DNA of 64,000 bases, from the NCBI GenBank assembly GCA_964016885.1, contig OZ024743.1, positions 141,236,001 to 141,300,000 of the forward strand, read 5' to 3'. The position numbers and the translations under genes are program-made. Source of the DNA: Eledone cirrhosa. Its lineage: Eukaryota. Shown here one piece after another: positions 12,901 to 24,250 of this stretch. Under the pieces are notes generated by a model. That model had not been told where the DNA came from, did not search any database, and saw nothing but the letters and a program-made list of their open reading frames with translations. Positions within the stretch are counted from its first letter, which is position 1, and the number at the start of each line of letters is the position of its first letter.

Positions 12901-15900
12901 GGCTTGGTGTTTGGTGCTTTGTGCTTGGTGCTTGTTGTTTGGTGCTTGGTGCTTGGTGCTTCGTGTTTGGTGTTTGGTGTTTGGTGCTTGGTGTTTGGTG
13001 CTTGGTGGTTGGTGCTGGGTGGTTGGTGTTTGGTGCTTGGTGCTTGGTGTTTGGTGCTTGGTGCTTGGTGCTTGTTGTTTGGTGCTTGGTGCTTGGTGCT
13101 TGGTCTTTGGTGCTTGGAGTTTGGTGGTTGGTGCTTGGTGCTTGGTGTTTGGTGTTTGGTGTTTGCTGTATGGTGTTTGCTGTTTCGTATTTGGTTTTTG
13201 CTGTTTGGTGTTTGGTGTTTGCTGTTTGGTGTTTGGTGTTTGGTGTTTGGTGCTTTGTGCTTGGTGCTTGGTGTTTGGTGTTTGGTGCTTGGTGCTTGGT
13301 GTTTGGTGCTTGGTGCTTGGTGTTTGGTGTTCGGTGTTGGTGCCTGGTGCTTGTTGTATGCTGTTTGGTGCCTGGTGCTTGGTGTTTGGTGTTTGGTGTT
13401 TGGTGCTTGGTGTCTGGTGTTTGGTGTTTGGTGTTTGGTGCTTGGTGCTTGGTGTTTGGGTTTTGCTGCTTGGTGCTTGGTGTTTGGTGTTTGGTGCTTG
13501 GTGTTTGGTGCTTGGTGTTTGGTGCTGAGTGCTTGGTGTTTTGTGCTTGGTGCGTGGTGCTTGGTGTTTGGTGTTTGGTGCTTGGTGCTTGGTGTTTGGT
13601 GTTTGATGCTTGGTGTTTGATGCTTGTTGCTTGGTGCTTGGTGTTTTGTGTTTGGTGTTTGGTGCTTGGTGTATGTACTTGGTGCTTGGTTCTTGGTGTT
13701 TGGTGCTTGGTTCTTGGTGTTTGGTGATTGGTGCTTGGGGCTTGGTGTTTGGTGCTTGGTGCTTGGTGTTTGGTACTTGGTGCTTGGTGTTTGGTTTTTG
13801 ATGCTTGGTGTTTGATGCTTGGTGCTTGGTGCTTGGTGTTAAGTGTTTGGGGCTTGGTGCTTGTTGCATGGTGCTTGGTGTTTGGTGCTTGGTGCCTGGT
13901 GCTTGGTGTTTGGTGCTTGGTGCTTGGTGCTTGGTGTTTGGTGCTTGGTATTTGGTGCTTGGTGCTTGGTGTTTGGTGCTTGGTGTTTGGTGCTTGGTGT
14001 TCGGTGCTTGGTGCTTGGTGTTTGGTGCTTGGTGTTAGGTGATTGGTGCTTGGTGCTTGGTGTTTTATGTTTGATCCTTGGTGCTTGGTGTTTGGTGCTT
14101 GGTGCTTGGTGTTTGGTGTTTGGTGCTTGGTGCCTGGTGCTTGTTGTATGCTGTTTGGTGCTTGGTGCTTGGTGTTTGGTGTTTGCTGCTTGTTGTCTGG
14201 TGTTTGGTGCTTGGTGTTTGGTGTTTGGTGCTTGGTGCTTGGTGCTTGGTATTTGGTGTTTGGTGCTTGGTGCTTGGTGTTTGTTGTTTGGTGCTGGGTG
14301 CTTGGAGTTTGGTTCTTGGTGCTTGGTGCTTAGTGCTTGGTGTTTGGTGTTTGGTGCTTGGTGTTGGGTGTTTGGTGTTTGATGCTTGGTGTGTGCTGCT
14401 TGGTGCTTGGTGCTTGGTGTTTGGTGTTTGGTGCTAGGGGCTTGGTGCTTGGTGCTTGGTGTTTGGTGCTTGGTGCTTGGTGTTTGGTGTTTGGTGCTTG
14501 GTGCGTGGGACTTGGTGTTTGGTGCTTGGTGTTTGGTGCTTGGTGTTTGGTGCTTGGTGCTTGGTGCTTGGTGTTTGGTGTTTGGTGCTTGGTATTTGGT
14601 GATTGGTGCTTGGTGCTTGGTGTTTGGTGCTTGGTGCTTGGTGTTTGGTACTTGGTGCTTGGTGTTTGGTCTTTGGTGCTTGGTGTTTGGTGCTTGGTGC
14701 TTGGTGCTTGGTGCTTGGTGTTAAGTGTTTGGGGCTTGGTGCTTGGTGCATGGGGCTTGGTGTTTGGTGCTTGGTGCCTGGTGCTTGGTGTTTGTTGCTT
14801 GGTGCTTGGTGCTTTGTGTTTGGTGCTTGGTGTTTGGTGCTTGGTGCTTGGTGTTTGGTGCTTGGTGTTTGGTGCTTGGTGTTCGGTGCTTGGTGCTTGG
14901 TGCTTGGTGCTTGGTGTTAGGTGTTTGGTGCTTGGTGCTTGGTGTTTGATGTTTGGTCCTTGGTGCTTGGTGTTTGGTGCTTGGTGCTTGGTGTTTGGTG
15001 TTTGGTGCTTGCTGCTTGGTGCTTGGTGCTTGTTGTTTGGTGCTTGGTGCTTGGTCTTTGGTGCTTGGTGTTTGGTGTTTGGTTCTTGGTGCTTGGTGCT
15101 TGGTTTTTGGTGCATGGGGCTTGGTGCTTGGTGTTTGGTGCTTGGTGCTTGGTGCTTGTTGTTTGGTGCTTGGTGCTTGGTCTTTGGTGCTTGGTGTTTG
15201 GTGTTTGGGGCTTGGTGCTTGGTGTTTGGTGCTTGGTGCCTGGTGCTTGGTGTTTGGTGCTTGGTGCTTGGTGTTTGGTGATTGGTGCTTGGTGCTTGGT
15301 GCTTAGTGCTTGGTGTTTGGTGTTTGGTGCTTGGTGTTTGGTGTTTGATGCTTGGTGCTTGGTGCTTGGTGCTTGGTGCTTGGTGTTCTGTGTTTGGTGC
15401 TTGGTGCTTGGTGCTTGTTGTTTGGTGCTTGGTGCTTGGTGATTAGTCTTTGGTGCTTGGTGCTTGGTATTTGGTGTTTGGTGTTTCGTGATTGGGGTCT
15501 AGTGTTTGGGTTTTGGTGTTTGGTGCTTGGTGCTTAGTGTTTGGTGTTTGGTGCTTGGTGCTTGGTGTTTGGTGTTTGGTGTTTGGTGCTTGGTGCTTGG
15601 TGCTTTGTGCTTAGTGTTTGGTGCTGGGTGTATGGTGTTTGGTGCTTGGTGCTTGGTGCTTGGTGTTTGTTGTTTGGTGCTTGGTACTTGGTGTTTGGTG
15701 TTTGATGCTTGGTGTTTGATGCTTGTTGCTTGGTGCTTGGTGTTTTGTGTTTGGTGTTTGGTGCTTGGTGTATGTACTTGGTGCTTGGTGTTTGGTGCTT
15801 GGTTCTTGGTGTTTGGTGCTTGGTGCTTGGTGCTTGGTGTTTGGTGCTTGGTGCTTGGTGTTTGGTGCTTGGTGTTTGGTGTTTGGAGCTTGGTGTTTGG

Positions 15901-15929
15901 TACTTGGTGCTTGGTGCTTGGTGTTAAGT

Positions 15930-18900
15930 GTTTGGTACTTGGTGCTTGGTGCTTGGTGTTAAGTGTTTGGTGCTTGGTGCTTGGTGTTTGGTGCTTGGTG
16001 CTTGGTGCTTGGTGTTTGGTGCATGGTGCTTGGTGTTTGGGGCTTGGTGCCTGGTGCTTTGTGTTTGGTGCTAGGTGCTTGGTGCTTGGTCTTTGGTGTT
16101 TGGTGCTTGGTGCTTGGTGCTTGGTGTTTGGTGCTTGGTGCTTGGTGCTTGGTTATTAGTGTTTGGTGCTTGGTGCTTGGGGTTTGGTGTTTGGTGCTTG
16201 GTGCTTGGTGTTTGGTGTTTGCTGTATGGTGTTTGCTGTTTCGTGTTTGGTGTTTGCTGTTTGGTGTTTAATGCTTGGTGCTTGGTGCTTGGTGTTTGGT
16301 GCTTGGTGCTTGGTGCTTGGTGTTTGGCGTTTGCTCTTTGCTGTTTGGTGTTTGGTGCTTGTTGTTTGGTGTTTGGTGTTTGGTGTTTGGTGTTTGGTGC
16401 TTGCTGTTTGGTGCTTGGTGCTTGGTGTTTGGTGTTTGGTGTTTGGTGCTTGGTGCTTGGTGGTTGGTGCTTGGTGCTGGGTGTTTGGTGCTAGGTGCTT
16501 GGTGTTTGGTGCTTGGTGCTTGGTGCTTGGTGCTTGGTCTTTGGTGCTTGGTGTTTGGTGTTTGGTGCTTGGTGCTTGGTGTTTGGTGCTTGGGGCTTGG
16601 TGTTTGGTGCTTGGTGATTGCTGCTTGGTGTTTGGTGTTTGGTGCTTGGTGCTTGGTGCTTGGTGATTAGTGTTTGGTGCTTGGTGCTTGGTGCCTTGTG
16701 CTTGGTGCTTGGTGCTTGTTGTTTGGTGCTTGGTGCTTGGTGATTAGTGTTTGGTGCTTGGTGCTTGGTGCCTGGTGCTTGGTGCTTGTTGTTTGGTGCT
16801 TGGTGCTTGGTGATTAGTGTTTGGTGCTTGGTGCTTGGGGCTTGGTGTTTGGTGCTTGGTGCTTGCTGTTTGGTGGTTGCTGTTTAGTGCTTGGTGTTTG
16901 GTGCTTGGTGCTTGGTGCTGGGTGGTTGGTGTTTGGTGCTTGGTGCTTGGTGTTTGGTGCTTGGTGCTTGGTGCTTGTTGTTTGGTGCTTGGTGCTTGGT
17001 CTTTGGTGCTTGGTGTTTGGTGTTTGGTGCTTGGTGCTTGGTGCTTGGTTTTTGGTGCTTGGTGCTTGGTGCTTGGTGTTTGGTGCTTGGTGCTTGGTGC
17101 TTGTTGTTTGGTGCTTGGTGCTTGGTCTTTGGTGCTTGGTGTTTGGTGTTTGGTGCTTGGTGCTTCGTGTTTGGTGCTTAGTGCCTGGTGCTTGGTGTTT
17201 GGTGCTTGGTGCTTGGTGTTTGCTGATTGGTGCTTGGTGCTTGGTGCTTGGTGCTTAGTGCTTGATGTTTGGTGTTTGGTGCTTGGTGTTTGGTGTTTGG
17301 TGTTTGATGCTTGGTTTTTGCTGCTTGGTGCTTGGTGCTTGGTGCTTGGTGTTCTGTGTTTGGTGCTTGGTGCTTGGTGCCTGGTGCTTGGTGCTTGGTG
17401 CTTGTTGTTTGGTGCTTGGTGCTTGGTGATTAGTCTTTGGTGCTTGGTGCTTGGTGTTTGGTGTTTGGTGTTTCGTGCTTGGTGCTTGGTGTTTGGTGTT
17501 TGGTGCTTGGTGTTTGGTGCTTGGTGCTTTGAGCTTGGTGTTTGGTGCTGGGTGTATGGTGTTTGGTGCTTGGTGCTTGGTGCTTGGTGTTTGGTGTTTG
17601 GTGCTTGGTACTTGGTGTTTGGTGTTTGATGCTTGGTGTTTGATGCTTGTTGCTTGGTGCTTGGTGTTTTGTGTTTGGTGTTTGGTGCTTGGTGTATGTA
17701 CTTGGTGCTTGGTGCTTGGTGTTTGGTGCTTGGTGTTTGGTGTTTGGTGCTTGGTGTTTGGTACTTGGTGCTTGGTGCTTGGTGTTTGGTGCTTGGTTCT
17801 TGGTGTTTGGTGCTTGGTGCTTGGTGCTTGGTGTTTGGTGCTTGGTACTTGGTGTTTGGTGCTTGGTGTTTGGTGTTTGGTGCTTGGTGTTTGGTACTTG
17901 GTGCTTGGTGCTTGGTGTTAAGTGTTTGGTGCTTGGTGCTTGGTGTTTGGTGCTTCGTGCTTGGTGCTTGGTGTTTGGTGCATGGTGCTTGGTGTTTGGG
18001 GCTTGGTGCCTGGTGCTTTCTGTTTGGTGCTAGGTGCTTGGTGCTTGGTCTTTGGTGTTTGGTGCTTGGTGCTTGGTGCTTGGTGTTTGGTGCTTGGTGC
18101 TTGGTGCTTGGTTATTAGTGTTTGGTGCTTGGTGCTTGGGGTTTGGTGTTTGGTGCTTGGTGCTTGGTGTTTGGTGTTTGCTGTATGGTGTTTGCTGTTT
18201 CGTGTTTGGTGTTTGGTGTTTGGTGTTTAATGCTTGGTGCTTGGTGTTTGGTGTTTGGTGTTTGGTGCTTGGTGCTTGGTGTTTGGTGCTTGGTGCTTGG
18301 TGCTGGGTGTTTGGTGCTTGGTGCTTGGTGTTTGGTGCTTGGTGCTTGATGCTTGGTGCTTGGTGTTTGGTCCTTGGTGCTTGGTGCTTGGTCTTTGGTG
18401 CTTGGGGTTTGGTGTTTGGTGCTTGGTGCTTGGTGTTTGGTGCTTGGTGCTTGGTGCTTGGTGTTTGGTGTTTGGTGCTTGCTGCTTGGTGCTTGGTGTT
18501 TGGTGCTTGGTGCTTGGTGATTAGTGTTTGGTGCATGGTGCTTGGTGTTTGTTGTTTGGTGCTTGGTGCTTGGTGTTTGGTGCTTGGTGCTTGCTGTTTG
18601 GTGTTTGGTGTTTGGTGCTTGGTGCTTGGTGTTTGGTGTTTGGTGTTTGGTGTTTGGTGTTTGGTGCTTGGTGCTTGGTGTTTGGTGCTTGGTGTTTGGT
18701 GCTTGGTGTATGTACTTGGTGCTTGGTGCTTGGTGTTTGGTGCTTGGTTCTTGGTGTTTGGTGCTTGGTGCTTTGTACTTGGTGTTTGGTGCTTGGTGCT
18801 TGGTCTTTGGTGCTTGGTGTTTGGTGTTTGGTGCTTGGTGCTTGGTGTTTGGTGCTTGGTGCCTGGTGCTTGGTGTTTGGTGCTTGGTGCTTGGTGTTTG

Positions 18901-21900
18901 GTGATTGGTGCTTGGTGCTTGGTGCTTAGTGCTTGGTGTTTGGTGTTTGGTGCTTGGTGTTTGGTGTTTGATGCTTGGTGCTTGGTGCTTGGTGCTTGGT
19001 GCATGGTGTTCTGTGTTTGGTGCTTGGTGCTTGGTGCTTGTTGTTTGGTGCTTGGTGCTTGGTGATTAGTCTTTGGTGCTTGGTGCTTGGTATTTGGTGT
19101 TTGGTGTTTCGTGCTTGGTGTCTAGTGTTTGGGTTTTGGTGTTTGGTGCTTGGTGCTTAGTGTTTGGTGTTTGGTGCTTGGTGCTTGGTGTTTGGTGTTT
19201 GGTGTTTGGTGCTTGGTGCTTGGTGCTTTGTGCTTAGTGTTTGGTGCTGGGTGTATGGTGTTTGGTGCTTGGTGCTTGGTGCTTGGTGTTTGTTGTTTGG
19301 TGCTTGGTACTTGGTGTTTGGTGTTTGATGCTTGGTGTTTGATGCTTGTTGCTTGGTGCTTGGTGTTTTGTGTTTGGTGTTTGGTGCTTGGTGTATGTAC
19401 TTGGTGCTTGGTGTTTGGTGCTTGGTTCTTGGTGTTTGGTGCTTGGTGCTTGGTGCTTGGTGTTTGGTGCTTGGTGCTTGGTGTTTGGTGCTTGGTGTTT
19501 GGTGTTTGGAGCTTGGTGTTTGGTACTTGGTGCTTGGTGCTTGGTGTTAAGTGTTTGGTGCTTGGTGTTTGGTGCTTCGTGCTTGGTGCTTGGTGTTTGG
19601 TGCATGGTGCTTGTTGTTTGGGGCTTGGTGTCTGGTGCTTTGTGTTTGGTGCTAGGTGCTTGGTGCTTGGTCTTTGGTGTTTGGTGCTTGGTACTTGGTG
19701 CTTGGTGTTTGGTGCTTGGTGCTTGGTGCTTGGTTATTAGTGTTTGGTGTTTGGTGCTTGGCGCTTGGTGTTTGGTGCTTGGTGCTTGGTGCTTGGTGTT
19801 TGGTGTTTGGTGCTTGCTGCTTGGTACTTGGTGTTTGGTGCTTGGTGCTTGGTGCTTGGTGTTTGGTGCTTGGTGCTTGCTGTTTGGTGTTTGGTCTTTG
19901 GTGCTTGGTGCTTGGTGTTCGGTGTTTGGTGTTTGGTGTTTGGTGTTTGGTGCTTGGTGCTTGGTGTTTGGTGCTTGGTGTTTGGTGCTTGGTGTATGTA
20001 CTTGGTGCTTGGTGCTTGGTGTTTGGTGCTTGGTTCTTGGTGTTTGGTGCTTGGTGCTTGGTGCTTGGTGTTTGGTGCTTGGTGCTTGGTGTTTGGTACT
20101 TGGTGCTTGGTGTTTGGTGTTTGGTGTTTGGTGTTTGGTGCTTGGTGCTTGGTGCTTGGTGTTAAGTGTTTGGTGCTTGGTGCTTCGTGTTTGGTGCTTC
20201 GTGCTTGGTGCTTGGTGTTTGGTGCATGGTGCTTGATGTTTGGGGCTTGGTGCCTGGTGCTTGGTGTTTGGTGCTTGGTGCTTGGTGCTTGGTGTTTGGT
20301 GTTTGGTGCTTGGTGCTTGGTGTTTGGTGCTTGGTGTTTGGTGCTTGGTGTTCGGTGCTTGGTGCTTGGTGCTTGGTACTTGGTGTTAGGTTTTTGGTGC
20401 TTGGGGCTTGGTGTTTGGTGTTTGGTGCTTGGTGCTTGGTGTTTGGTGTTTGGTGCTTGGTGTTTGGTGTTTGGTGCTTTGTGCTTGGTGTTTGGTGCTG
20501 GGTGTATGGTGTTTGGTGCTTGGTGCTTGGTGCTTGGTGTTTGGTGTTTGGTGCTTGGTACTTGGTGTTTGGTGTTTGATGCTTGGTGTTTGATGCTTGT
20601 TGCTTGGTGCTTGGTGTTTTGTGTTTGGTGTTTGGTGCTTGGTGTATGTACTTGGTGCTTGGTGATTGGTGTTTGGTGCTTGGTTCTTGGTTTTTGGTGC
20701 TTGGTGCTTGGTGCTTGGTGTTTGGTGCTTGGTGCTTGGTGTTTGGTGCTTGGTGTTTGGTGTTTGGTGCTTGGTGTTTGGTACTTGGTGCTTGGTGCTT
20801 GGTGTTAAGTGTTTGGTGCTTGGTGCTTGGTGTTTGGTGCTTGGTGCTTGGTGCTTGGTGTTTGGTGCATGGTGCTTGGTGTTTGGGGCTTGGTGCCTGG
20901 TGCTTTGTGTTTGGTGCTAGGTGCTTGGTGCTTGGTCTTTGGTGTTTGGTGCTTGGTGCTTGGTGCTTGGTGTTTGGTGCTTGGTGCTTGGTGCTTGGTT
21001 ATTAGTGTTTGGTGCTTGGTGCTTGGGGTTTGGTGTTTGGTGCTTGGTGCTTGGTGTTTGGTGTTTGCTGTATGGTGTTTGCTGTTTCGTGTTTGGTGTT
21101 TGCTGTTTGGTGTTTAATGCTTGGTGCTTGGTGCTTGGTGTTTGGTGCTTGGTGCTTGGTGCTTGGTGTTTGGCGTTTGCTCTTTGCTGTTTGGTGTTTG
21201 GTGCTTGTTGTTTGGTGTTTGGTGTTTGGTGTTTGGTGTTTGGTGCTTGCTGTTTGGTGCTTGGTGCTTGGTGTTTGGTGTTTGGTGTTTGGTGCTTGGT
21301 GCTTGGTGGTTGGTGCTTGGTGCTGGGTGTTTGGTGCTAGGTGCTTGGTGTTTGGTGCTTGGTGCTTGGTGCTTGGTGCTTGGTCTTTGGTGCTTGGTGT
21401 TTGGTGTTTGGTGCTTGGTGCTTGGTGTTTGGTGCTTGGGGCTTGGTGTTTGGTGCTTGGTGATTGCTGCTTGGTGTTTGGTGTTTGGTGCTTGGTGCTT
21501 GGTGCTTGGTGATTAGTGTTTGGTGCTTGGTGCTTGGTGCCTTGTGCTTGGTGCTTGGTGCTTGTTGTTTGGTGCTTGGTGCTTGGTGATTAGTGTTTGG
21601 TGCTTGGTGCTTGGTGCCTGGTGCTTGGTGCTTGTTGTTTGGTGCTTGGTGCTTGGTGATTAGTGTTTGGTGCTTGGTGCTTGGGGCTTGGTGTTTGGTG
21701 CTTGGTGCTTGCTGTTTGGTGGTTGCTGTTTAGTGCTTGGTGTTTGGTGCTTGGTGCTTGGTGCTGGGTGGTTGGTGTTTGGTGCTTGGTGCTTGGTGTT
21801 TGGTGCTTGGTGCTTGGTGCTTGTTGTTTGGTGCTTGGTGCTTGGTCTTTGGTGCTTGGTGTTTGGTGTTTGGTGCTTGGTGCTTGGTGCTTGGTTTTTG

Positions 21901-24250
21901 GTGCTTGGTGCTTGGTGCTTGGTGTTTGGTGCTTGGTGCTTGGTGCTTGTTGTTTGGTGCTTGGTGCTTGGTCTTTGGTGCTTGGTGTTTGGTGTTTGGT
22001 GCTTGGTGCTTCGTGTTTGGTGCTTAGTGCCTGGTGCTTGGTGTTTGGTGCTTGGTGCTTGGTGTTTGCTGATTGGTGCTTGGTGCTTGGTGCTTGGTGC
22101 TTAGTGCTTGATGTTTGGTGTTTGGTGCTTGGTGTTTGGTGTTTGGTGTTTGATGCTTGGTTTTTGCTGCTTGGTGCTTGGTGCTTGGTGCTTGGTGTTC
22201 TGTGTTTGGTGCTTGGTGCTTGGTGCCTGGTGCTTGGTGCTTGGTGCTTGTTGTTTGGTGCTTGGTGCTTGGTGATTAGTCTTTGGTGCTTGGTGCTTGG
22301 TGTTTGGTGTTTGGTGTTTCGTGCTTGGTGCTTGGTGTTTGGTGTTTGGTGCTTGGTGTTTGGTGCTTGGTGCTTTGAGCTTGGTGTTTGGTGCTGGGTG
22401 TATGGTGTTTGGTGCTTGGTGCTTGGTGCTTGGTGTTTGGTGTTTGGTGCTTGGTACTTGGTGTTTGGTGTTTGATGCTTGGTGTTTGATGCTTGTTGCT
22501 TGGTGCTTGGTGTTTTGTGTTTGGTGTTTGGTGCTTGGTGTATGTACTTGGTGCTTGGTGCTTGGTGTTTGGTGCTTGGTGTTTGGTGTTTGGTGCTTGG
22601 TGTTTGGTACTTGGTGCTTGGTGCTTGGTGTTTGGTGCTTGGTTCTTGGTGTTTGGTGCTTGGTGCTTGGTGCTTGGTGTTTGGTGCTTGGTACTTGGTG
22701 TTTGGTGCTTGGTGTTTGGTGTTTGGTGCTTGGTGTTTGGTACTTGGTGCTTGGTGCTTGGTGTTAAGTGTTTGGTGCTTGGTGCTTGGTGTTTGGTGCT
22801 TCGTGCTTGGTGCTTGGTGTTTGGTGCATGGTGCTTGGTGTTTGGGGCTTGGTGCCTGGTGCTTTCTGTTTGGTGCTAGGTGCTTGGTGCTTGGTCTTTG
22901 GTGTTTGGTGCTTGGTGCTTGGTGCTTGGTGTTTGGTGCTTGGTGCTTGGTGCTTGGTTATTAGTGTTTGGTGCTTGGTGCTTGGGGTTTGGTGTTTGGT
23001 GCTTGGTGCTTGGTGTTTGGTGTTTGCTGTATGGTGTTTGCTGTTTCGTGTTTGGTGTTTGGTGTTTGGTGTTTAATGCTTGGTGCTTGGTGTTTGGTGT
23101 TTGGTGTTTGGTGCTTGGTGCTTGGTGTTTGGTGCTTGGTGCTTGGTGCTGGGTGTTTGGTGCTTGGTGCTTGGTGTTTGGTGCTTGGTGCTTGATGCTT
23201 GGTGCTTGGTGTTTGGTCCTTGGTGCTTGGTGCTTGGTCTTTGGTGCTTGGGGTTTGGTGTTTGGTGCTTGGTGCTTGGTGTTTGGTGCTTGGTGCTTGG
23301 TGCTTGGTGTTTGGTGTTTGGTGCTTGCTGCTTGGTGCTTGGTGTTTGGTGCTTGGTGCTTGGTGATTAGTGTTTGGTGCATGGTGCTTGGTGTTTGTTG
23401 TTTGGTGCTTGGTGCTTGGTGTTTGGTGCTTGGTGCTTGCTGTTTGGTGTTTGGTGTTTGGTGCTTGGTGCTTGGTGTTTGGTGTTTGGTGTTTGGTGTT
23501 TGGTGTTTGGTGCTTGGTGCTTGGTGTTTGGTGCTTGGTGTTTGGTGCTTGGTGTATGTACTTGGTGCTTGGTGCTTGGTGTTTGGTGCTTGGTTCTTGG
23601 TGTTTGGTGCTTGGTGCTTTGTACTTGGTGTTTGGTGCTTGGTGCTTGGTCTTTGGTGCTTGGTGTTTGGTGTTTGGTGCTTGGTGCTTGGTGTTTGGTG
23701 CTTGGTGCCTGGTGCTTGGTGTTTGGTGCTTGGTGCTTGGTGTTTGGTGATTGGTGCTTGGTGCTTGGTGCTTAGTGCTTGGTGTTTGGTGTTTGGTGCT
23801 TGGTGTTTGGTGTTTGATGCTTGGTGCTTGGTGCTTGGTGCTTGGTGCATGGTGTTCTGTGTTTGGTGCTTGGTGCTTGGTGCTTGTTGTTTGGTGCTTG
23901 GTGCTTGGTGATTAGTCTTTGGTGCTTGGTGCTTGGTATTTGGTGTTTGGTGTTTCGTGCTTGGTGTCTAGTGTTTGGGTTTTGGTGTTTGGTGCTTGGT
24001 GCTTAGTGTTTGGTGTTTGGTGCTTGGTGCTTGGTGTTTGGTGTTTGGTGCTTGGTGTTTGGTGCTTGGTGCTTTGTGCTTAGTGTTTGGTGCTGGGTGT
24101 ATGGTGTTTGGTGCTTGGTGCTTGGTGCTTGGTGTTTGTTGTTTGGTGCTTGGTACTTGGTGTTTGGTGTTTGATGCTTGGTGTTTGATGCTTGTTGCTT
24201 GGTGCTTGGTGTTTTGTGTTTGGTGTTTGGTGCTTGGTGTATGTACTTGG
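15930..24250 (+). repeat. Near-identical duplicated block of about 3.3-3.5 kb at offset 4,846 bp (about 15930-19400 and 20776-24250)
   Basis: Landmarks 17696, 18710 and 19395 recur at 22542, 23556 and 24241. Matching ORFs 16075/20921, 16817/21663 and 18034/22880. The first C/T-pattern difference I noticed is near 19205/24051. Confidence 0.9.

Larger units (their letters stand above)
1..14400 (+). repeat. Satellite subfamily domain A (right boundary approximate)
   Basis: Diagnostic variants GCTGAGTGC (first at 1197, last near 13524), TTGATCC (first at 303, last at 14071) and TAGGTGA recur through this interval. I did not find them after about 14.1 kb. Confidence 0.8.
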
